DNA from: Chara braunii
Lineage: Eukaryota; Plantae; Charophyceae
NCBI GenBank assembly: GCA_003427395.1
Contig: BFEA01000011.1
Coordinates: forward strand, 4,369,832-4,433,831
Length of the DNA stretch: 64,000 nucleotides
Direction of reading: 5' to 3'
This document shows, piece by piece, positions 28,001-42,200 of this stretch. Both the position numbers and the translations under genes were made by a program. Every line of letters starts with the position of its first letter. Position 1 is the stretch's first letter. The notes under the pieces were generated by a model. That model was not told where the DNA came from. It saw only the letters and a list, made by a program, of their open reading frames with translations, and ran no database searches.

Positions 28001-31000
28001 CTTAGCGATCTGTTCAGCACTCTGACACTTTAGACCAATGTTCCACACAGGTTTGACCAGAAATCGCCCTTGACTGCTCAGTCAGCGACAAAGTCGGCAT
28101 CCACATCGCCAGCAGAGCTCCTTCGATTTGCATAGTCAGACCTTCTAGCAGCAAAGGGATCCATTCAGAACTTCCTGTGGACGTCACTTAGACCAAGATT
28201 TCACAAAGGTTTGACCAGGAATTTGAATTTGACAACTGGACCAGGAATTTGAATTTGACGACTGGACCAGGAATTTGAATTTGACGACTGGAAAGGCGAC
28301 TGATAACCCTCCACCCCTGCCTTAGCAAAGGAAGCCACTGCTCACTTCGTTTTGCTTACCAGCGCCTGACACCCCTGATTTCGCATCAATGACAATACCC
28401 TCACTGCTGATAAGTCCATCCTGCAATCAACACACAAGCACAATGCCCCAAAGAATGGCCACATCAGAACTCCTTGTTTGCAAGACACACAACACTACAT
28501 TCATACAGACTTTCTTTTAGAGGGGGACAGTCAACTCCACAAACAAAGGCTAAAAGGCGACTGGGGGAAGCACGGCACTACATTCATACATTCATACGGA
28601 CTTTCCTTTAGAGGGGGACAGTCAAAATCTTGCATTCATGTAGTAAAAAAAGTTAAAAAAACAGTAACTGAGTAACAATAATAACAGGGTTCCACGGAAG
28701 CTGACGGATGATGCCAACTACAGACCGATTCGCCGCCAACCGGTCAGCCCTACAGGTCGGCAGATTGCCAACTGGTTGGCTGCAACCCGGTGGATGAGTT
28801 TTCACAAAAAGGCGGGTCTGGAGTTTTTGCATCCGTCAATCAGAATTCAAGTTACCTTGCATTAGTGAGCGGGTGGAGGGGAAGGTGGTGCCAGTGAAAA
28901 GATAAGTTCTGCTGAAGTACAAAAAGTCTGCAAAACCGGGTCCTCCAGAGAGCCCTCTCTTGTGTACAGTAAAGAACATACTCTTTGTTGCCTATATCAG
29001 AATTTGGTTGCTGCCGTGCACACAAAACTAATGCATGACAAACCTATTTGAAGGGAGCATCTTGTCGGGAAGAGAAAGCAATCATAGACTCACCCTAAGC
29101 AATGGTGATAGTGCCAGTTGAACAGTTGTCGGATAACAACCAGGATTCGCAACCTGCAACGAAAGAAGGTTAACGGGTCCATTAATATTCAGCATTTACA
29201 TAGGTGCTAAAACTTTGAACACCCCCTTCCCTAAACAAAACAAAACAGGGGGAGGAAGTTGATTTTTCAGCATCTTCACCACTTCAAAATTTTCAGAATC
29301 TTCAGCGTTCATATGCATTCATATTATGAAAATTCTAAAAATTCTAAAAATTCTGAAGCGGTGAACATGCTAAAAATTATGAACACCCTCGCCTTAAAGA
29401 AAACAAAACAGGGGGCGGCGGGAGAACGGGTTCAAAATTCGCGGCATCTTCACCACTTCAAAATTTTCAAAATCTTCAGCATCAATATGCATTCAAACAC
29501 CCAGAGGAGGGTGTTCGAAATTTTCAGCATGTTCACCACTTCAAAGTTTTTTTGCTTTTTTTTTTTACTGATCAGATATTAAACTGATCACAACAAAATT
29601 TTCAGCATGTTCACCACTTTGAAGTTTTCAAAATCTTTAATGTCAATAATACAGTATTAATACTCGATATGCATTCACACACAGGGGGAGGCATTCATAA
29701 TATTCGACGTTTTCAACACTTCAAAATTTTTAGAATGTTCAATGATTATCCACAGGGGGCGCATTCATCATTTCAACACCTTTTAAATCGTTGAAACCCG
29801 ACTTCAGAAAACTTTTAAATTTTGGAATTCTTTCCACTTCAGAATTACTTTCAGCAAAGATTCAACGAGTCGTTGACCACCTGTAGTACTTGTTTACGAT
29901 TTCCACAGATGCAAGTTGCGACTCTGCCTTCGGAGAACTCAACATCTGCACCAACCATACATGGCATATCATCAACCTTCCAGAAAAGGCTAGAAGATCA
30001 GCGTTGGAAGGATTCGTCACATGTGCTTGGACTCGGACATGGACTCGAAAGGAGGACACAACACAGACTCAGAAAACACAGCAAAACAGACTCAGATTCG
30101 GAAATCTCCATAATCAGATCAAAAGACGACATTTTCTCAGGGAAGTGCAGATTTCTCAGACAGCAATCATGAGGGTCTCAGCACCAAGTTTGACCGACAA
30201 CCTCACGACATAACGTTGTAGACCCCTCGACGTCGAACTACTCTTCTGTAAGCACACAGGTCAGTTATATCCTCCTGTGTAAAGCCCCTCTCAGCTTAAT
30301 GGCCTAACTTGCCGCCTAAGGATAAACATGAACTGAAAAAGAAAAAGAAGTGTCGTTGCGGTTTGAAACTCACCAGCCTTGCTGTTTTTATCTCGTCTCT
30401 GTAAAGCTCGGTCAACCCGTATACTGCTTCCTCCTGGTATCATTGGCATGGCGACAGCAGAAAAGGGAAGCATATATTGATTAGAGCTACGACAGCCAAC
30501 ACCTTTCTTGGCCCTTTGGCTAAGATCTTATCACCTTCATATCTGATCCATGACCCATCTGCAGTGTAGACACCATACGAAGAATAAGTCGTACAAGCAC
30601 GAACCGAGTTTTTTTCAGTCTTCCAGCCAATACAAAATTTAGCTGAATTACCCAATCGTACACGCACTAGGATCATTGCCCCTAGCGTATGGACATCGGG
30701 TTATTAGATTGTTCACTTGTGCTTAACATCAATAAGGACGACTGTAATGAATCCAAAATAACTCCACACTTCTTTAGCAATCATGAATAGCAAACAATAC
30801 CATAAAGCTTCAGAGAGGTAAGTCTCATAAAAGTTGAAAGACAGAAAACATTCCTGTTGCATGTCCGAATCAGAGCTCTGTCATGCTAGGAAGCCAGGGC
30901 CAATCCTATGAGGAAAGGTCTGAAAGCAAAAGAGGAGTTATAGGTTTCCAGCCTAAGTGCAGTTCATTAGGTGATTGCCAGGTGGCTGAGCGTATAGCAT

Positions 31001-32340
31001 TATTATACAGCCAAACTTTTTGAGGCAGTTTGACATCCCAATCAACTTGATAAGGACAAATGTAATGCCGCCGCAGCTATTGTACGGGTTTGTTAATCTT
31101 CTCAGCCTGTCCCTTAGATTCAAGGTGATTCAAGGTGGTCCAGTCCACCCCACCCCGGGGCCTCAACAAGCAGGCTCTGAAGAACAGGGTCGGCAAACAG
31201 ACCATGTAAGCAACTACCTCTCATCTCCTCCTCCCCTTTCCCCTGGACCCCCACCCTCTCTCCTCCAGCTGGGGAATCGGTCTTCGCCCTTCCCACCCCC
31301 ACCTTTACTGACACCACCCTTACCACCTTCTGCCTATCAGACATTGTCGGTCAGCTAACTGAGGAGACGAGTCAAAGGCATCTCTTTGAGGACATCTCGG
31401 ACGAGCAGGACAGCTGAGTTTCATCACCCTCCTCGACAACAGGGGCCATAGGAGGGGAGATTGATCTACAGTAGGACAGGGAGCGGAAAGAAAGGAAGGG
31501 CAGGGAACATACAGGCAGACAGTTAATCCCTCTTTGAAAAAAGAGGCAATCAATGCTGGGCTGCTCATTTCTGCTTCTAGTCGTGATCAGACAATATATG
31601 CAGTAAGGGATGTTGGACCCAGTTTCAAGCACACACTGCTCCTCACAAATAGATTGAAGCCCCCAACAGCCAGCCTGGAATCCTCCAGGTGCTCGTGCCA
31701 ACCCCAGGGTAGTAGACCGGTACCGGAAAGTTGCAAAAAAAATAGTTAAAAAAACTGACAGGAAGACAAGCACCAGACCAAAAGGAGTAGGCGTGCAACC
31801 AAGACCTGTCATTCAGGAGCTTTGTGTTCAGGAAGATACCATAGACAGGCAGCGGAAGTTAGGGGGGGGGGGGGGGGGGAATTAAGAAATCACAGGAAAT
31901 AAAGACAAGAACAAAATCAAAAGCGGAAGGAGTGGAATGCAGACCTGTAATTCAGGAGCTTTGTGCTCAGCAAGATACCATTGCTTGTACTCTTCAGTGT
32001 TTCGAAGTCGGAAATCCTGCAGACGTGACATTCAGCCCCATCATTCCACAGCAAGCGATCAGTCAACGAAAAGAACAGAAAACCCAAAAAAAAAGAAGAA
32101 AAAAAAAGAAAAGGTAATAAGAACAGAGCCAAAATAGTCTGTTGACCTGCTCTCACATTCCGAATCAATAGGTCCTTATGTTGAGGACGACCACAGAGTA
32201 GCAGCTCGCTCACCACTTCTATCGCAAATGGAGCCAAGGCATTAATAAACCAGCTGAAAAAATGAGAATGCCATTCTACAAGGAAGAAACATGCAACACA
32301 AGCATAATGCTGCATCCTGTGAGTGTGTGTGTGTGTGTGT

Positions 32341-32402
<62 letters not shown>

Positions 32403-32921
32403 CACACAGATAGATAGATAGATAGATAGAGAGAGATAGATAGAGATAGATAGATAGATAGAGAGNNNNNNNNNNNNNNNNNNNNNNNNNNNNNNNNNNN
32501 NNNNNNNNNNNNNNNNNNNNNNNNNNNNNNNNNNNNNNNNNNNNNNNNNNNNNNNNNNNNNNNNNNNNNNNNNNNNNNNNNNNNNNNNNNNNNNNNNNNN
32601 NNNNNNNNNNNNNNNNNNNNNNNNNNNNNNNNNNNNNNNNNNNNNNNNNNNNNNNNNNNNNNNNNNNNNNNNNNNNNNNNNNNNNNNNNNNNNNNNNNNN
32701 NNNNNNNNNNNNNNNNNNNNNNNNNNNNNNNNNNNNNNNNNNNNNNNNNNNNNNNNNNNNNNNNNNNNNNNNNNNNNNNNNNNNNNNNNNNNNNNNNNNN
32801 NNNNNNNNNNNNNNNNNNNNNNNNNNNNNNNNNNNNNNNNNNNNNNNNNNNNNNNNNNNNNNNNNNNNNNNNNNNNNNNNNNNNNNNNNNNNNNNNNNNN
32901 NNNNNNNNNNNNNNNNNNNNN

Positions 32922-32998
<77 letters not shown>

Positions 32999-34269
32999 AT
33001 TTTTGTGTATGCCTCTTGCTGTTTGTCCTTTCTCTGATTTTTTCTGAGTATTTTTTGTGTGCCGAGCTGCGCACCCATAAGTAGTGCCAAACAGTCGGGC
33101 ATTCCTCATCTGGAGTGCTTAGAACACTCTTAAGGGGGGCGCTCAGTTTGGGATGTCTGTCTGCCTTACGGGTGATGATGGATGTCCGTCGGAGCGACTC
33201 CCTGGCTCAGTGGGTGGTGGGAACCAACAGTCTGCGGGGTTCATCCGTGATGTGAGTAGGTGATGTGCCACTTTGCTTTGTGTCGGATGTGTGGACTGCC
33301 TCGTCTGCGCTCCGCCGCTGCCTTGCTGCCTGTTCCGCTTGCTTTGCAGGTCGTTCTCGGCAAGCTGCTCTCTTCGCTGTGTGGTGTGGCCATGTTGTTG
33401 GTGTTGCCTTGCACTTCGCTGCTCCTCTGCCTTGCCACCTTCCGCTGGTCGTGCCTTCCGTGTTCTTTGCTTGCGCACCTTGTAGTCCAGTTGCCTTGTT
33501 GGTGTTGCCTTTTGCTTCACTGCATGGTTGCTGTGCTGCTCATCCGCTCGTGGTTGCCTTGGTGGTGTTGCCTCGTTGTGTATCCTGAGTGCCGTGTTGT
33601 TCCTTGCAATCATTTTTGGGGTTGTGCAGCCGTGTTGCCTCTACTGCGTGAGTGCCATGTTGTTCCTTCCAGTCATTTTTGGGGTTGTGCAGCCATGTTG
33701 CCTCTACTGCATTGCTTGGTGCTCCGCAAGGTTGCTGCCCGCTGCTATGTTCCGCTTGGGGACAGTCTGCCTTCAACATTGGTCAAAGGGTTCATGACCC
33801 AAAGCATCAAATACGGAGATTCCGCAGATTGTCGAGGGTTCAGCCTCCTGATGAGTAGGTGCAACTCCAAAGAAACAATCTTTCATCATCAGTTTTATTT
33901 TTTTCAGTCTGTGTTTTTTTTGGGACTTGTACTTTTTTTTTTTTGTTTGTTTGCCTTGTTTTTGCGTTACTACTCTTGCTGCTTTGTGCTGTTCGTCTAC
34001 CCACCCACCTCCCCCATGCCCTCCAGCCTATGTCCTTTTCTTCACTGTCCCACCTGCTTCGCTGCCTCGTGCCATTTGTTTGCCTTCCAGCCTTTGTTTT
34101 TTCTTTCGGACTTCTGTATGTCAAGTGGACCTGCACTGCTTCTTTATGGATTGTCTGTTAGCTTGGCTCACTCAGATGCATGCTTTCCTCCTGGAGGGTT
34201 GCGGTGATACGGTGCATGGTCTTATACTGTGCTGAAGATGAATTATATGTGTGTTTGCACACTCGTCAC

Positions 34270-34318
<49 letters not shown>

Positions 34319-36764
34319 GGAAAAAAGGAAAAAGTGGGCGCGTTAGGTAAAGTTGCGTACAACCAAGCGCAGTGTACCTGTGCACGGACGAAAACAATGC
34401 GCGCTCTTGCGCCTCATGGCACCATGAGGACTGGACCATATCATCACACAATTGGTAGTTTCTGTGCGTCTGGCGTATGGCCTCTGACGATCGATAGCGA
34501 CGCTTCATCTAGCGAGCCTGCTGATTTACTCTATCCACTCGAGTGGCCTTTCTGCCGTATTTCTCGTTAGTGTATGTAAGAATTGTGAGTGTTCCAGTGC
34601 GCAAGACCGCAGCAGATGGTTTGCACTACACTAAGGTGTGAACACACTCATCAACGAGCATGAAAGTTCATGTGTTACCGCCCTCTTTCTGAAGAGGTGT
34701 TGTGTGGGAGAATAATACTTGTTCCTTACTGCACTCATACACTCGGCACTTGTTCTGGTGAAACTGTGCCCTACATTTTTTTGGAAAAGGTTGTGACCTT
34801 GGATCCTTTGCTGGTAAGGTCACATTTACATCCAATCATACAGTCCCTGCTGATTACAGGACCAGGTATCTTGTTATCCCTTTCTCGTTCTCAGCTATTG
34901 CGCCCAGCCTAATCACCAGAGGAAGAAATAAGACCTCGTCCAAAAGATGACAGTGGGCACCTCGGCCACAAGATGACATTGGGCATATTAGAACTATAGT
35001 AAGTTGATGATGACGAAGAACAATGAGATTATGTTGAGGAGCAGGAAGAGGAGACCCAATTTTTTGAAGAAAAATGATGTCGTGGAGCAGGAAAAAGACA
35101 AGGAAGATGAGAACAAGCAGATGACACAGCTTTACACAAGAAAAAACGAGGTTTAGAAGTCAGGAGACAATGTTCAGTAGTGGTAGTAGTAGTAATAGTA
35201 GTACTAGGAGTACTAGCAGTAGTAGTAGTAGTAGTAGTAGTACTAGTAGTAGTAGTAGTAGTAGTAGGAGGAGGAGGAGGAGGGGGAGGAGGAGGAGGAG
35301 GAGGAGGAGGAAAAAGGAGGACAAGGAGGCAGAAGAGGAGAAGCTTGCTTACCGCGGACAGGTCCACCACCTTCAGCCGTTTTGGGAGACTAGCAATGAT
35401 TTCCTGCCATGCCGAAATGCAAGTTGGAAGCAACAATATTCAGCTAATGGTCACTTCCGAAAACTGCCAGCACGAATGAGGGGGGTCATACTATGTGGAC
35501 TCAACGGCACCAGCACACACACTCGCCGACAAAACCAAAGCGAAAAACGCACGGACACATCTGATGAAACTGCAATTCGAAGTCATGACCTGTGTACTGA
35601 CAGTTACGTTTTGCTGCTAATCCGCAAACTGGGTGCTTGAAGCCTTCAACACCTTTCCCTTTTTTTTTTTGGCGACATCTGATTCCATCACACTTCAAGC
35701 TTATGACCTGTTTACGAACAGTTTGGCTTGTACTGCTCATCCACACGGCTCAGCTGTGTACAGGTACTTGCGCAAGCCTATCTCGTTCTATTCAAAAACT
35801 CGGCTTTGCGCAGCAGAGGGCGCAAAACAACAAATCACAAAGCGCGCCTGATCCAACAAAAACGCACTCTTAACATTTTGAACGGATCAGGAATATGAAC
35901 AACTCCAAATACATACTGAGTGTTGGCGCAAGGCTCCACAGATCACACGGCTCTCAAAACTAGAAGACCAAAAATAGAAAAAAAAACAAACACAAAATCA
36001 CAGATCCCGCCACTCCCAGAACTACAGGGCAAAAAAGAGGAAACAAATGCAAAACCAAGGATCACGCCACTCGCATAACTACAGGAAACAAAAAGGAAAA
36101 ACAAATGCAAAACCACAGATCACGCCACGACAAATTAAAAAGAAAAGCACAAAGTGCCTGTGACAGCTCGATTGTGTACTTGTACCTGAACATGCAGGTC
36201 GTGCCCTGGGCAGAACCGGGCAACCTGGGTCCCGTGTGGTCTCATGTGAGACACTGTACTTCCTTTAATAAGATAAATTAGAGAAGACATTCTTCTTTCC
36301 CAATGAGAGTGCAAATGTTAAAGAATTCCATTGCATTCCTAAGCAAATGAAAAGGGGATTCACTACCTGTGTAGTTCCATGAGGAAGGCAACAGAAGACA
36401 GCATCCACATTATCAAAGTCTGCATCCTTCACTGCTACCAGATCTGGAAGCTCCTGCAGCCACAGAACAAAAGGGATGGAGAAGAACACACAACATAGCA
36501 GCCACGACAATGTGTAAGCTTGTCATCCAATTTAAAATATTGGTAAGAATAAAATCAAAAAGATATCTTCAGCTCTTACAGGCACAGATGCAGAAGAGGC
36601 AGAAGAAGCAGCAACACGAAGGAGGAGGAGGAGGAGGAGAAAAGGAGAATAAGGAAGAAGCAGACAATGATGAAGACGAAAAAGACAAAGATGAAGATGA
36701 AGAGAGAAAAGCAGAACTAGGACAAGAAGAAGAAGAAGAAGAAGAAGAAGAAGAAGAAGAAGAA

Positions 36765-36796
<32 letters not shown>

Positions 36797-39095
36797 AGAA
36801 GAAACAAGGCAGACGAGACATGGGGAGCGCACGAAGCAGAGGAGACGGGCAGTGATACACCCTCGTTGCTGTAGAAAAGCGGAGGACGATGCAGACACAA
36901 TGAACACACCAATGGTTTAAGAAGATCTCTTCACCTGTGCTCCTAGATGCGGAAAAACATTTTGGAATGACAATCCAGCTTTCCGGTCTGCTGTCATCAA
37001 AGTTATCCGAAAAAATGGGTGTCCTGCAAGCAGACGAACAATCTGCAGTAGCAGAACAGAAATGTACAGAGAACAGTCAGTAATACACCAAGCACTACTC
37101 TTCAAAATCTCGAAAACACCAGAAAAAGCAACCTCTGATAAAAAAAAGCCATAGTGCTATGATCCTGGTCAATTTCGAAGTACACATTCATCAGAAAGCA
37201 CAATGCCGTCCAGTTGCAAAAAGAAATGAATGAATTTGAGAGAAGAGAGAGGGAAAGAAGAAGAAGAAGATGATGAAAAAAAGAAGAAGAAGAAGATGTA
37301 CACCAGCAAAGACCAATGAGAATTCCCTTCTTCTTCGCCAACCACTCTCCTCCTCCTTATCTCCTCCCCTCTTATTCAAACAAGAAATAATAATAATAAT
37401 GTTGGATGGGTGAACCAGAATCAATGTCCGAATCCCTCTTCTACTGCAGGCATCACATGATGCCATGGCCACCCTTCTTCCTCCTCCTTTCCACAGCAGA
37501 GGCTATGGCGGACTACCAGGGCACTGCCCTACTGTGCAAAGGACAACACAAAGCAGCTATGACTGCTCTATCTCAGGCCGCCATGCCTGACTCTGCCTCG
37601 AAGCTTCTTGGCGTAGCTCTACCCCAACGGGGGCTTTCCAGATGCAGCGCCCACCAAGGTGATGAAGATGGCATCCACCATAGCCAGGTAAAGTACCTCT
37701 GGCGCTCCTCCTTCCTCGTCCTGGTCTTCTTCCTCCTCCTGTCCTTGCTCCTCCCCAGCAACGCTGCTCTGATGCTAGCGCTGCTCCAGCCAGCGCTCCA
37801 ACTAGTGTGTCGCCAAACTTGCACACCGACAATTAGGAGGAGCACCTCCTTCCTCCTGGAGATATAGCGGCCTGATTGCCTCTTGGCGAGTGACTTCCTA
37901 GGCCACGCGGCCTCCAAGCAACCGGTACCTCCTCCCATTTGGAGGGAAACATCATTGCAGACTGTGATATTGCCTGTACAGGCCCTAGACTCAGACTGGT
38001 CGGACTGGTACTTGCGTAGACCTAGCCTACAACTACTGGGCCTCTAAAAATGCCAACTTTGTCTTTTTCTGCTCAGCCTCAAGTACCCGGCACATCTACC
38101 TGTACCTGGTGCGGTACCGGCCTACCTGCTACTCGAGTGTTTTTCCGCTGCTTCAAGTGTCGCGGGCTTCTTTCCCCGCCGCTTGAGTGTTTTCCCTGCT
38201 GCAACTCTCAATGCCACAGCCACAAGTACCGGCCGTTTGGGCCTTCCACACAGACAAGTACCCTGGCGGGTCACACCCACACTCAAACCGACAAGCACTC
38301 AGACAGGCATGCAGACCAGCAAGCACGCACACACTCAGACTTAGAAAACTCAGCAACAAGCGAGAAACTCAGCAAGGCATGCGTTCCATTGGCAAAACTC
38401 AGAAATCAGCTGTGCGTCTCAGTCAGTGTTTGGCAGGTCCTAACAATAGTAAAAATATCAAGACCTTGGTTGGTCCCAGCTATGCCGATCTCTGTTCGGC
38501 CTAGGCATCTATGTGCACTTCCGGTCTACTTCCGGTCTACTGATCATCGTCGTTCTTAGTATGTATGGCTTGAGTTTCTTTTTATTTTAGAAATTGGATC
38601 AATAGAGTAGAGATGGTGGCAGCACCTTCCAAATGGCAAAGAAAATGCAAGAGTCTTTGGCAACCTCTGGACCTTGATTGCCAGATGACGCAAAGACCAG
38701 GGGCGAAGAGCTTCTGCGGTCAGCAATAAGGAATTGGTTTCGCCTAAAAAGCAGAAAAAAAAGGGAGAGAAGGGAAGAGAAAGAAAGAGGGAAGGACAGA
38801 ACCTAGTAGATCTTCCAGCCATCAAGTAGGCCAGAAATGCTATCGTTCACTTCCAGTCATTTCACAACCAGAGGGTTCTGTCATTCTTCCCTTTTCCCCT
38901 ACCCAGGTCAAAACCTAGTGTTTCTCTTACAAATTTTCTGCAGTGGCAGGAGAGGCAGGGAAAAGGAGGAAGGGGAGGGTAGGGGCGGGGTGGGGGAGGG
39001 AAGGAAGAGGGGTAGGGATTTACAAATTTACAGATAGTAACCTGACTTATTGAGAACCCCTCACACAGCTGCAAAACCCACCTGGGCCCTTGGGG

Positions 39096-39184
<89 letters not shown>

Positions 39185-39191
39185 NAGAGAC

Positions 39192-39248
<57 letters not shown>

Positions 39249-42200
39249 CAGAGAGAGAGACAGAGGGAGAGAGAGAGAGAGGGGCATGCCCGGACACCCC
39301 ACGTGGGCCCTAGGGGCCCAACATTGGACCTGGGGGCTATTATTAGGCCGTACAACCCACATTTTGGGCGGCCTTCGAGTCAGGGCCCTTGGTATGGTCC
39401 TTCGCGGCGACATGGGTTTCTGTGATCTTTTTTGTGTATTTTCATTTGCAGTTATTATATTTCCGGAACTTATTTCAGTTATTTGATTACTGTATTTTTC
39501 CGAGTATTTTTTTGCCTTGCTCCAAGCATTGTCCGGTTCGGGATAGGACGTTCAGACTTTGCTTTGTCCAGGTGCCTGTTTGGACCAGTGGAGGCACCGG
39601 TGCCCCATGTTGTCTGCTTTGAGGCCCAGCGGCCATTTTCCAGGCCAGCAGACGTTCGTCCACAGCTGGGCTGGACCTGGTTTTATCCTTCAGTACTGGT
39701 CCAGCCCTTGTCCCTTTCAGACATTCCTGGCACATCGGCAGGGATGCCTGGACATGTGGAAGGGACCCAGGCAGACCATTTTGTGGGCGGCACACTGGAC
39801 CAGGATTTCTGCCTATATCCTTGACCATCAAATGTAAGATTGATCGGATTGCAAGGAATATGAGTGTGAGCGATATACATAAAACCAAGTTGCGAAATCA
39901 CACAGCTGAACAAGTAGTCGTGTCCCAAGCAGAGAGTACAAATGCACCGAGAAAACCATCCATATAGAGCAATACAATGAAGTAATGAGCCAATGTCCAA
40001 GCCCGCAGGCCACACCAACACAGTATCCAAAGTCGCTCTCTCCTGTCTGGTGCTCGGCACCCAGCCTACTCTACCTGACTAGCCTACCTACAGCCGGTTC
40101 ACGCAACAGGGATCACTTCGACTCTCGAAGACCAATGTACATGACTGCCAACACCGTCGCCGACCTCTCTTCATGTACCAGGTACGTATCTCGTCACCCT
40201 CAATCAGACCTTGATTACGTCGCACAGCGCCTCCTTCCCTGAAGACCACCTGATCATCTGCTGTACCCCCTGGCGCCCAGCAGCCCGGCTATGGCTGCCT
40301 GCGCTCCACTGCCCTGCAGCGACCCACTTCACCTCTCGCGCCCCGTCAGCGCCCTTGACAGCAGCGCAGCATCAAGCGAGAGCAGCAAACAGCCCAAGTC
40401 CGGAGACTCAGGCCGTGCCTAACTGCAAAGGGGGCCCAGGCCCTCAACTGTAGTCCCGGGCCTGGGCGCAGGATCTGGGACCCAACTGGAAGCTACTGGA
40501 AGCTTCCAGCCAGGCCAGATGCAGCATCCAGGAGGCTGCCACTTCCACAAAAGGAAGGAAGCAGCCCAGGCCAGCGATTCTGGCCAGCGCTGGCAATGCG
40601 GAAGTGCACTTAGGGCAGGCACTTGGCTTGCTGGGGGCCTTAGCCCTGAACATTGTGATGTCTGACAGGGCCCCTTGAGGGCTTGTTCCTCACATTCCAT
40701 CCCCCTTAGCTTCGAAAGTCCGATGAAATGCTTCATGCTGGTGCCTTCCCCTTCAGTTTCTTCTCATAATCGGCCACGATCTCAGGAGCTGTCTTGACAA
40801 GTTCCTCCCTTGAAATCCATCGATCTTCCTTCGGATCCATATGATGCCTGAAATGTACTCTGTATTCCCTCGCAGGTTTGGGAGGTCTTCCCCTGCCTGG
40901 TGGCTTGGGAACAGGCGTGTCTCTGTGATCCAGGATGTCGTCGACGTCCACGTGGCCATCCATGGTTGGGGGCAGCATAGATCTCCGTGATGGGAACTGT
41001 GCTGTCTCAGGGAAAGGTGCAAGCTTGGAGGCGTGAAAAACAGGGTAAGTGCGTAAGTGACCAGGGATACGAATGACGTGCGAGGGACCATCCAAATCAT
41101 TCCCCACAATGTCTAGGACTTCCCAGGGACAGAAATACTGAGGCATTAGTTTCCTAGAGATGCCAAACTCCTGTCCCAACTCACTAGCCTTGACCCTGAC
41201 ACGTTCCCCTACCTGAAATGTGGACTGTCGGCGACACTTGTTCTCAGAAGCAATCATGGCTTCCTGAGATTTCTTGATGTGTTCGACAGTCTGCTGCAAC
41301 AGTTCCTCATACTGGACACCGAATTCAATGGTTCCAGGAGTTGCAGCAGTTCGGTTTTCAGGCAGGAGGAAGTCTTAGAGCAGATCTAGGCTTCCACCCC
41401 AGATGCAGTTGATTAGAACTGACGCCGGTGGTGCTGTGTACAGCGTTGTTGTATAGGCTGGCGATGAGAGGTAATTTCTCATCCCAGTCATCCTGGCTGG
41501 GCTTGATGCAATGCCTCATCAGATGCTGCACCACTCGGTTCATCTGTTCAGCCTGCCCATTTGCTTCGGGATGATTCCCGAAAGTCATCTGAAGCTGGCT
41601 GCCCATCTGTTCAGCGGCCTTCTTCCACATCTCGCTTGTGAAACGTACATCTCTGTCACTGACGATCGTTTTCGGAAGTCCAAAGTCACACACCCAGTTG
41701 TCCATGAACAACTTGATGACGTGCTCAGTCCTGGCAGTCTCTGGCATGGCGATTAGTCTAGCTTACTTAGTGAACCTATCCACTATGACGAAAGTGTGCC
41801 TCTTGCCATTCTTGCTGGTCACGAGAATGTTCATGAAGTCCATGGAGATACTCTGCCCTGGGCCAGCAGGATGGGTAGAGGCTTGAGTAACCCAAGCGGA
41901 GTTTGAGTCCGCGGCTTGTCCCGCTGACAAACCTGACAGGTCTGTACGTACTTCTTCGCATCGTCCAGCAAGTTAGGCCACCAAAATCGTTGTACTAAGT
42001 TAGCACTAGTCTTCTTATAGCCGAAATGTCCCGTTGCATCGTGGCATTCTCCTAAGAACATACTACGCAAATCTTCCCTAGTCGGAACAACTAATCTCTT
42101 AAACCCTGCCTTCTCAAGAAACAGCAACCCATCCACCATCACAAACTCATCAGTGGTGGCCTTATCTTTAGCCTGAAGTTTGTTGATGATGTCCATCGTG

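Noticed and set aside
28140-28175. Weak 5S rRNA resemblance (GGATCCATTCAGAACT)
   Set aside because: Too short and divergent to support.
33845-33880. CTGATGA...GAAA hammerhead-like core
   Set aside because: I could not form the required flanking stems.
33260-34207. 315-aa Cys/Leu-rich ORF
   Set aside because: Low-complexity TG-rich sequence antisense within an argC intron; no recognisable domain.
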